From NCBI GenBank assembly GCA_020354945.1, contig CP070655.1, forward strand, positions 983,524-1,006,561: a stretch of 23,038 nt of DNA. The letters are read 5' to 3'. The notes under the pieces are model-generated. The model did no database searches and was not told the origin of the DNA. It saw only the letters and a list, made by a program, of their open reading frames with translations. The position numbers were made by a program, and so were the translations under genes. Positions 16,616-23,038 of the stretch are shown here, in pieces; the first letter of the stretch is position 1; each line of letters starts with the position of its first letter. Origin of the DNA: Candidatus Omnitrophota bacterium. GTDB lineage: Bacteria > Omnitrophota > Gorgyraeia > JABMRG01 > JAFGKX01.

Positions 16616-17530
16616 TTATTTTAGCAACATTAGTAGCAACGCATTCTGCACATGCATTCTATTTTCAGCCTGGTCAAAAACTATAGAATGAGGGCCGTCT
16701 ATAACTTCGTCGGTTATCTCCTCGCCTCTGTGGGCAGGCAGACAATGCATAATCAAATAATCTGGTTTTGCATCTTCTAAAAGCTTAGGATTAATCTGAA
16801 ATCCTTCAAAATCCTTAAGCCTTTTTTCTTTTTCCGACTCCTTACCCATCGAGGCCCACACGTCAGTATAGATTATATCAGCCCCTTGAATGCATTTTTT
16901 TATATCTTCTTCTATCGCTATAGAAACTCTGTTATTCTCGGCTTCTTTTTTTGCCTCATATAAGATATCTCCGTCAGGCTCATATCCTTTTGGTGTTGAT
17001 ATCGATAGATTAATACCTGACTTTGCGCAGCAGTAAAGCAAAGAATGCAAGACATTATTACCATCACCTATGAAAGCAATCTTTATATTTTTTGACCTTT
17101 TTAATTTTTCCTTTATAGTAAAAATATCTGCCAGTGCCTGGCAGGGATGCAGCAGGTCACTTAAGGCATTTATCACCGGGATAGTGCTATTTCTTACCAA
17201 ATCTATTATATCCTGATGAGAATAAGTTCTGGCAGCTATCCCATCTAAATACCTGGATAAAGTTTTGGCTATATCCTTGGTTGCCTCTCTTGCCCCAAGT
17301 TTTATATCATCAGGCCCGAGATATATACAATAACCGCCGAGCCGATACATCCCAATCTCAAAAGAGACTCTGGTCCTGTTAGAGGGCTTCTGAAATACAA
17401 GGCCAAGTGCTTTTCCTCTCAACTTATCAGAGAATTTCTTCGGGGCCTCTTTTACCTTGGATGCAAGCTTAAATATCTTTTTTATTTCATCTCTCGATAA
17501 ATCCTTTATTGTTATAAAATCTTTTTTCAT
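16616..17530 (-). CDS. argF: Ornithine carbamoyltransferase
   Basis: KPSNRTRVSFE, HPCQ, GDGNNV, YTDVWASMG, HCLP, QAENR. Located within the arg cluster. Confidence 0.96.
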   Translation of the reverse strand: MKKDFITIKDLSRDEIKKIFKLASKVKEAPKKFSDKLRGKALGLVFQKPSNRTRVSFEIGMYRLGGYCIYLGPDDIKLGAREATKDIAKTLSRYLDGIAARTYSHQDIIDLVRNSTIPVINALSDLLHPCQALADIFTIKEKLKRSKNIKIAFIGDGNNVLHSLLYCCAKSGINLSISTPKGYEPDGDILYEAKKEAENNRVSIAIEEDIKKCIQGADIIYTDVWASMGKESEKEKRLKDFEGFQINPKLLEDAKPDYLIMHCLPAHRGEEITDEVIDGPHSIVFDQAENRMHVQNALLLMLLK

Positions 17531-17598
17531 CCCTCACCTTTTATTTATTCACCCCGCACCTTTTACACATTCCTTTTAAATTGCCTAAAGGCGAGGTG
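17528..17598. repeat. CATCCCGCACCTTTT repeat element, copy 2
   Basis: catccctcaccttttatttatt (17528-17549), caccccgcacctttt (17550-17564), and a degenerate inverted arm aaaggcgaggtg (17587-17598). Same layout as 8362-8439. Confidence 0.72.
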
Positions 17599-17599
17599 T

Positions 17600-18781
17600 T
17601 CATTTTTTTCCTATCGCCTTATCTAAAATATTCGCTGCTTTATCAATCTGGGAATTTGTAACTGTAAGGGCAGGCATTATTCTTAAGATACTGCCCTGTG
17701 TGCAATTTATTAACAACCCATTCTCAAAACATTTTTTTACAATAGCATCGCCTTTTTTGGTTAATTCAATGCCAATCATAAGGCCTTTCTGTTTTATGTT
17801 TTTAATAACTGGGTATTTTCCTTTCAATACTTTAAGTCTTTTGTTAAAATATTTAGCCATTCTATTCACATTAGAAATTAAATTTTCCTTTTTTATAGCA
17901 TCAAAAACCCCTAACGCAGCTGCGCAGACTATCGGGTTTCCGCCGAACGTCGATGCGTGCATCCCCGGTTTTAGGAAATCGGCAAATTTATCCCTTACTA
18001 CCATTGCCCCTATCGGAACCCCTCCGCCTAAAGATTTTGCTAATGTCATAACATCGGGAATTATCCCGTAATGCTGATAGCAAAACATCCTTCCGGTTCT
18101 TGCAATTCCGGTCTGCACTTCATCTATTATTAAAAGGATTTTCTTTATATTACAAAGTTTCCTTAATGCCTTTACATATTCCTGGGATGCTATATTTATA
18201 CCTCCTTCGCCTTGAATCAACTCAAGCATTACAGCCACGGTCTTTTTTGAAATAGCCTTTTTAAAAGAATCTATATCATTAAACTGAACATGCTTAAATC
18301 CTGCCGGCAACGGCTCAAATCCCTTCTTTACTTTATCCTGCCCTGTAGCGGCAGCGGTTGCTAAAGTTCTTCCATGGAAAGATTTTTTCATAGTAATAAT
18401 TTCATACCTTTTCCCTTTTCCATAAGCCCTGGCCAACTTTATAGCAGCTTCATTCGCTTCTGCCCCGCTGTTAGCAAAAAATACCTTACCATTAAAAGAC
18501 AACTTAGAGATTCTTTCTGCCAACGCTGCCTGCGGCTGACTGTAATAATTGTTTGAGACATGTAAAATCTTATCGGATTGACTCTTTAATGCCTTGATTA
18601 CCATAGGATGACAATGGCCCAATCCGCTCACAGCCCAGCCAGGGAAAAAATCTAAGTATCTCTTCCCTTCTATATCCCAGATCCAGGAACCTTTCGCCTT
18701 AGTAAAAACTACAGGCGCCCTTGTATATGTATTGAGCACATATTTGTTGTATGTTTCTATTACTTTTCTTGTTTTTTGCAT
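17600..18781 (-). CDS. argD: Acetylornithine aminotransferase (class III)
   Basis: LGHCHP, NSGAEANEAAIK, SFHGRT, ELIQGEGG, DEVQTG, TLAKSLGGG, HASTFGGNP. Confidence 0.95.
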   Translation of the reverse strand: MQKTRKVIETYNKYVLNTYTRAPVVFTKAKGSWIWDIEGKRYLDFFPGWAVSGLGHCHPMVIKALKSQSDKILHVSNNYYSQPQAALAERISKLSFNGKVFFANSGAEANEAAIKLARAYGKGKRYEIITMKKSFHGRTLATAAATGQDKVKKGFEPLPAGFKHVQFNDIDSFKKAISKKTVAVMLELIQGEGGINIASQEYVKALRKLCNIKKILLIIDEVQTGIARTGRMFCYQHYGIIPDVMTLAKSLGGGVPIGAMVVRDKFADFLKPGMHASTFGGNPIVCAAALGVFDAIKKENLISNVNRMAKYFNKRLKVLKGKYPVIKNIKQKGLMIGIELTKKGDAIVKKCFENGLLINCTQGSILRIMPALTVTNSQIDKAANILDKAIGKK

Positions 18782-18786
18782 CTTAA

Positions 18787-18807
18787 CTTAATCCTTACTC
18801 CTTAATC
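18787..18807. repeat. Three heptamers (CTTAMTC) containing the argD RBS
   Basis: cttaatc cttactc cttaatc directly abutting the argB stop codon at 18808. The minus strand reads GATTAAGGAGTAAGGATTAAG. Confidence 0.55.
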
Positions 18808-19662
18808 CTAAAGAATAATCTCCGTGCCGATTCCCTCATCTGTTAAAACTTCAATAAGCAGAGAATGTTTAATCCGTCCGCTTATAATATGGACTTTTCC
18901 AACTCCGCCGAATAAAGCCTTTATGCATGCGCGGGCCTTTGGTATCATTCCGGAACTAATACTGCCTGCCTTTATCATTTCTTCTATTTCTTTTTCCGTA
19001 AGAGTAGGCATTAAACTTTTCTCATTAATATGGTCTCTCATTATACCTTTTACATTTGTTAAAAGAATCAATTTCTCCGCTCTTAATGCAATGGCTATTT
19101 CTGCGCCGGCAAAATCCGCATTTATATTATAAGGTTTATCATCCTGCCCTATTCCGACAGGCGAAATTACAGGTATAATTTCCTTCTTTAGCGAATCTTC
19201 TATCGGTTTGGTGTTTATAGAATCTACGTCTCCGGCAAAATCTCCTTCTAATGAATTTTCTCTTCTTTTTGCCCTTATTACGCCGTGTTCTTTACTTATA
19301 ATAGATACGGCTTCGGTTCCTAATCTAGTTAATTTATCGACTATGTCAGCGTTTATACCGGTTAATGCTTCGCCTACAATGTTTGCGGTTTCTTCATCCG
19401 TAACCCTGAAACCTTCAATAAACTCCGGGGTTTTCCCTTTTTGTTGCATCAATCTGGTTATGATATTGGCTCCCCCATGGATAATAACGACTTTAATCCC
19501 TTGCTGGTGAAGATAGACAATGCCCTCTAATATAGAATTGGATATGTGCTCATCGTCCAAATTGCTGCCGCCATATTTTATAACAAATATTTTGCCTTTA
19601 AATTTTTTAATATAAACCCTGCCTTTTGCAAGTATAGATTTTTTATCAAGTATGATTTCCAT
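18808..19662 (-). CDS. argB: Acetylglutamate kinase
   Basis: VIKYGGS, IIHGG, GFRVTD, IPVISP, YNINAD, LTNVKGI, GMIPK, LTDEGIGT. Confidence 0.94.
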   Translation of the reverse strand: MEIILDKKSILAKGRVYIKKFKGKIFVIKYGGSNLDDEHISNSILEGIVYLHQQGIKVVIIHGGANIITRLMQQKGKTPEFIEGFRVTDEETANIVGEALTGINADIVDKLTRLGTEAVSIISKEHGVIRAKRRENSLEGDFAGDVDSINTKPIEDSLKKEIIPVISPVGIGQDDKPYNINADFAGAEIAIALRAEKLILLTNVKGIMRDHINEKSLMPTLTEKEIEEMIKAGSISSGMIPKARACIKALFGGVGKVHIISGRIKHSLLIEVLTDEGIGTEIIL

Positions 19663-19663
19663 T

Positions 19664-20863
19664 TTAATTATATTCCGCGTTTATCTTCATGTATTTAGGC
19701 GAAAGGTCACATGTATATACTCTATGCGATGCTTTGCCAAGTTTTAAATCGCATTCTATCTCTATATTTTTCCTTTTAAAAATGTTTCCTGAGCCTTTGA
19801 TAGACCTGGCTATGCCGCCCTTTATCATCTTCTTTCCATTAACATATATATCTAATCTGTTTTGTCTTATGTCAACATCCGGAGCTCCGCAGGCCGAGGC
19901 TATTCTGCCAATATTAGAACCTCCTCCGTAAACGGCAGTTTTTACCAGATTAGAATTAGCAATGCCAAAAGCTACTTTTTTTGCCTGCGCAGGTGTCTTT
20001 GCGCCCGTTATTTGTATCTCTATAAATTTAGTGGCGCCCTCGCCATCATTAACAATTAGATTCGCTAATAACAGAGAAACCTGTGTGAGTGTTTCGACAA
20101 ACTTATTATAAATATTTGACTGGGGTTCAATTTTTACTTCAGATGCACCATTTGCAAAACACAGCAGGGTATCATTGGTACTCATATCTCCATCTACGGT
20201 TATACAATTAAACGACGCATCAACAGCTTCTTTACAAGCTTTTTTTAGTGTACTTTTACTTATGTCGGCATCCGTTGTTATAACACAAAGCATTGTAGCC
20301 ATATTCGGAGCTATCATACCTGCACCTTTAGCAACTCCGCCTATTCTCACTTCTTTATCTCCAACCCTAAAAGCCCTTGCGATCTGTTTAGGATAAGTAT
20401 CTGTGGTCATTATTGCCTGCGCCATTTCTTTGGCCCCTCTTATAGAAAGCGCCTTTATTAAGCCTGGCAATGCAGAAATTATCTTTTTTGCATTGAGCCT
20501 TTTTCCTATCGCGCCGGTTGAGCAAATCAAAACTTCCGATTCCTTAACCCCGAGTAATCCGGCTAATCTTCTCGTGATAAGCTTAGAATCCAAAAGCCCT
20601 TTTTTGCCGGTAAGGCAATTGGCGCAACCGGAATTTATTATGACGGCTCTGTGAACAGGTTTGTTTATTATAGAACTGCTTAATAAAACCGGAGCTGCCT
20701 TTATTTTGTTGGAAGTAAAAAATCCTGCACAGATTGCTCTTCTTTTAGAATGCACTAAACCCAGATCTAATTTGCCTTTTTTAAGGCCTGCGGCGATGCC
20801 ACCTGCTATAAATTCTTTTGGTGCAGTTATTCCACCTTTTATTGCATAAAGATTCTTGAGCAT
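19664..20863 (-). CDS. argJ: Glutamate N-acetyltransferase / ornithine acetyltransferase
   Basis: [30 protein letters not shown]|TML autoproteolysis site, [26 protein letters not shown]. Confidence 0.97.
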   Translation of the reverse strand: MLKNLYAIKGGITAPKEFIAGGIAAGLKKGKLDLGLVHSKRRAICAGFFTSNKIKAAPVLLSSSIINKPVHRAVIINSGCANCLTGKKGLLDSKLITRRLAGLLGVKESEVLICSTGAIGKRLNAKKIISALPGLIKALSIRGAKEMAQAIMTTDTYPKQIARAFRVGDKEVRIGGVAKGAGMIAPNMATMLCVITTDADISKSTLKKACKEAVDASFNCITVDGDMSTNDTLLCFANGASEVKIEPQSNIYNKFVETLTQVSLLLANLIVNDGEGATKFIEIQITGAKTPAQAKKVAFGIANSNLVKTAVYGGGSNIGRIASACGAPDVDIRQNRLDIYVNGKKMIKGGIARSIKGSGNIFKRKNIEIECDLKLGKASHRVYTCDLSPKYMKINAEYN

Positions 20864-21882
20864 TATAATAGACCTTGTGTTTCTTTAAAACCGCACATTA
20901 TATTCATATTCTGAACAGCCTGGCCGCTGGCGCCTTTTATTAAATTATCGATGCAACCTACTATTACGATTCTACCTTCGGCAATTGTAATACCTATATC
21001 GCAGAAATTGCTATAATATACATCCTTAGTTTGAGGGAATTTTCCTTCATCATAAACTCTTACAAAGGGCGCACTTTTATAAAAATCTTTGTATAATTTT
21101 ATGAGTTCAGAAACAGCCGGGCACTTTTTTATTTTCACATAAGCCGTAGTTAAGATGCCTCTTTTCACAGGAACTAAGTGAGGAACAAAAAGCACTTTTA
21201 TATTTTGCCCCGCAAGTGCGCTTAATTCCTGGTCTATTTCAGGGGCGTGCTGATGAGTGCCTATTTTATATGCCCACATATTCTCCGCTACCTCAGCAAA
21301 GTTAAATGCAAGATTGGCCTTTCTGCCTGCGCCTGTAACTCCTGTTTTGGCGTCAATTATGAGCTCCTTTATATCGCCTGCCTTCTTTGATATTAAAGGC
21401 GCTAAAGAAAGTATAGCTGCAGTCGGGTAACAGCCGGGGTTTGCAATAAGCTTTGCTCCTTTTATCTTATCATTGTAAAGCTCAGGCAAACCATAAACAC
21501 TTGTGGCAAGATATTCTTTACACTTATGGCCCTGCCCATAATATTTTTCATATGCGCTTGTATCTTTTAATCTAAAATCCGCGCTTAAATCTATTACTTT
21601 TATGCCTTTTTCTAAAAAATGCGGGGCAAATTCCATTGATACCCTATGGGGAAGGGCCAAAAATGCTATCCTGCCACCGGTTTTAATCATATCCTGTATC
21701 TTCATCTCATCACAATGCATATCTAATATACCTTTTAATTCAGGAAAGATGTCAGATATTCTCTCTGGCTTTTCTATCTTCGCAGAGATTGCCGATATTT
21801 CCACTTCCGGATGCTTAAGGAGTAGTTTTATCAGCTCAAAACCGGTATAACCTGTTGCTCCGCAAACAATCACCTTTAACAT
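20863..21882 (-). CDS. argC: N-acetyl-gamma-glutamyl-phosphate reductase
   Basis: GATGYTG, ALPH, DLSADFRL, YGLPE, ANPGCYPT, GVTGAG, HQHAPEI, DNLIKGASGQAVQNMN. Confidence 0.98.
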   Translation of the reverse strand: MLKVIVCGATGYTGFELIKLLLKHPEVEISAISAKIEKPERISDIFPELKGILDMHCDEMKIQDMIKTGGRIAFLALPHRVSMEFAPHFLEKGIKVIDLSADFRLKDTSAYEKYYGQGHKCKEYLATSVYGLPELYNDKIKGAKLIANPGCYPTAAILSLAPLISKKAGDIKELIIDAKTGVTGAGRKANLAFNFAEVAENMWAYKIGTHQHAPEIDQELSALAGQNIKVLFVPHLVPVKRGILTTAYVKIKKCPAVSELIKLYKDFYKSAPFVRVYDEGKFPQTKDVYYSNFCDIGITIAEGRIVIVGCIDNLIKGASGQAVQNMNIMCGFKETQGLL

Positions 21883-21932
21883 ACTAAGTCCCTCTCTTTT
21901 ATTACTTTTGCTTATACTATAAACAGAGCCAT

Positions 21933-21961
21933 ATTATAAAATAAAAAACCTACCTTGTCAA
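21933..21961 (-). promoter_or_regulatory. Consensus sigma70 promoter of the arg-lys-pan-nad operon
   Basis: TTGACA (21961-21956), exactly 17 nt, TATAAT (21938-21933), about 50 nt upstream of the argC ATG. Confidence 0.85.
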
Positions 21962-21979
21962 AGTTAAAAACAAGATAGG
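21943..21979 (-). terminator. Intrinsic terminator of rplM-rpsI, overlapping the argC promoter
   Basis: Minus strand CCTATCTTGT-N11-ACAAGGTAGG (10-bp stem, one G-U pair) followed by TTTTTTATTTT. Confidence 0.7.
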
Positions 21980-21983
21980 CGTT

Positions 21984-22056
21984 TTGTCAGTTATCAGTTG
22001 TCAGTTATCTGTTATCAGTTACTGAGAACTGAAAACTAAAAACAGTGAATTGAAAA
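21984..22056. repeat. Converging heptamer array (TTRTCAG / CTGARAA family), 5+5 units
   Basis: ttgtcag ttatcag ttgtcag ttatctg ttatcag | tta | ctgagaa ctgaaaa ctaaaaa cagtgaa ttgaaaa, abutting the rpsI stop codon at 22057. The first 21 nt are identical to 10934-10954. Confidence 0.85.
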
Positions 22057-22539
22057 TTATCTCTTAACCCACTGGAATTTTCTGCGGGCGCCCTCCTGGC
22101 CGTATTTTTTTCTTTCTTTCATTCTCGGATCGCGTGTTAAATACCCGCCTTTTTTCAATCTATCTTTAAATCTCTCATCATAAAGCAAAAGCGCCCGCGC
22201 GATTCCGTGTCTTAACGCACCAGCCTGTCCGTTTACTCCGCTTCCTTTTATATTGGCAACTATATCTATCCTGCCTAGTAAACCGCAGGTTTTAATAGGC
22301 TGTTCTATAACCATCCGTATGGTTTCCCTGGGAAAATAATCCTTAAAATCTCTCTCGTTAACTTTTATGACACCGCTACCGCGAGTGATGGTTACTCTCG
22401 CAGATGCTTCTTTACGCCGGCCTACTGCTTTACATCCTTTTTTTTCTTCTTTCTTAATTTCTTTCTTAACTTCTTTCTTAGCTTCCTTCTTAATTTCTTT
22501 TTTAACTTCTTTCTTAGCTTCCTTTTCCTTTTCAGCCAT
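22057..22539 (-). CDS. rpsI: 30S ribosomal protein S9 with KKE-repeat N-terminal extension
   Basis: GRRKEASARV, GSGVNGQAGALRHGIARAL, LTRDPRMKERKKYG, C-terminal KR. Follows rplM. Confidence 0.97.
   Translation of the reverse strand: MAEKEKEAKKEVKKEIKKEAKKEVKKEIKKEEKKGCKAVGRRKEASARVTITRGSGVIKVNERDFKDYFPRETIRMVIEQPIKTCGLLGRIDIVANIKGSGVNGQAGALRHGIARALLLYDERFKDRLKKGGYLTRDPRMKERKKYGQEGARRKFQWVKR
22438..22524 (-). repeat. Coding tandem repeat (KKE[AVI])n, 12-nt unit within a 36-nt super-unit
   Basis: KEAKKEVKKEIK occurs twice, followed by KEEKK, in the S9 N-terminus. Confidence 0.85.
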
Positions 22540-22559
22540 AACTTACCTCTGATATTATA

Positions 22560-22988
22560 TTATAGTTTTAGTTCTTGTGGGTTCTGCGCAGCATGTGGAT
22601 GGTTTTCTCCGGAATAGACCCTTAACTTCTTTAACATTTTTCTTGCCAAAGGTGTGCCTGGAAGCATCCTTTTGATTGCTAAGCGCAATACCTGCGCGGG
22701 TTTATGCTCCAACACCGTCTCTAATTTTTTAGTCTTTCGACCACCCGGATATCCTGAATATGCCTGATACTCTTTCTGCTTAAGTTTTCTTCCCGTAGTT
22801 CTTATTTTATCTGCATTTATGACAATTACCTCATCTCCGCAATCTATATGAGGCGTATATTCTGCCTTATGCTTACCGCGTAAGACTATGGCAATACGGG
22901 TTGCTAATCTGCCCAAGATTTTATCTTTAGCATCCACTATGTACCATTTTCTCTTTATATCTTTCTCTTTCGCCATGTATGTCTTCAT
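22560..22988 (-). CDS. rplM: 50S ribosomal protein L13
   Basis: WYIVDA...LGRLAT, LRGKHK..YTPHIDCGD.VIVINA, SGYPGG, HPHAAQNP. Confidence 0.98.
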   Translation of the reverse strand: MKTYMAKEKDIKRKWYIVDAKDKILGRLATRIAIVLRGKHKAEYTPHIDCGDEVIVINADKIRTTGRKLKQKEYQAYSGYPGGRKTKKLETVLEHKPAQVLRLAIKRMLPGTPLARKMLKKLRVYSGENHPHAAQNPQELKL

Positions 22989-23021
22989 TTTTAAAGCCTC
23001 TAATTAATAACAAGAGGGCAA

Positions 23022-23030
23022 ATTCTAACA
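23022..23030 (-). promoter_or_regulatory. Putative extended -10 promoter element of rplM (TGtTAGAAT)
   Basis: Minus strand TG-T-TAGAAT, 33 nt upstream of the rplM ATG. The -35 region would lie outside the window. Confidence 0.5.
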
Positions 23031-23038
23031 CAGTGACA

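Noticed and set aside
5402-17602. Alternative genetic code (TGA recoding)
   Set aside because: TGA ends nadX, nadA, panD, lysA and argD at expected lengths, and no core gene is interrupted by TGA.
21883-21932. Riboswitch, T-box or ARG boxes in the argC leader
   Set aside because: The leader is only about 45 nt and AT-rich, with no recognisable structure or convincing tandem ARG-box dyads.
21984-22056. Repeat arrays as CRISPR or integron attC sites
   Set aside because: Units are 7 nt with no unique spacers, no cas or integrase genes are present, and I found no RYYYAAC/GTTRRRY attC architecture.
1110-22552. The many plus-strand ORFs of 60-135 aa in the track, plus small minus-strand ORFs at 12291-12530 and 14399-14596
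   Set aside because: All overlap well-supported genes in antisense or alternate frames and show no recognisable motifs; treated as shadow ORFs.

Overview
AT-rich bacterial core-genome window, standard genetic code, with all credible genes on the minus strand. Right to left: rplM-rpsI; a probable ~16.5 kb, 17-gene biosynthetic operon behind a perfect TTGACA-N17-TATAAT promoter (argC argJ argB argD argF argG argH lysA dapF dapA dapB dapL folK panC panD nadA nadX); an 82-aa, extremely basic protein made of two 39-aa repeats with its own promoter; uvrA; and a large, probably secreted TPR protein missing from the ORF track that runs off the left edge. No transposase, CRISPR array, tRNA or rRNA was seen. 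The unusual signal is mostly between genes. (i) Heptamer tandem arrays of different sequence families start exactly at stop codons, usually as converging inverted arms, and related heptamers occur in frame inside uvrA and possibly dapF. (ii) Related GGGACAGGYAC hairpins bracket uvrA. (iii) A CATCCCGCACCTTTT repeat supplies the RBS and ATG of both panC and argF. (iv) Two GC-rich palindromes are nested in a heptamer-like tract. The best candidates for undescribed biology are the duplicated basic mini-protein beside uvrA and this set of small repeats. Lineage cannot be fixed from sequence alone; an uncultured lineage such as Omnitrophota is only a guess.
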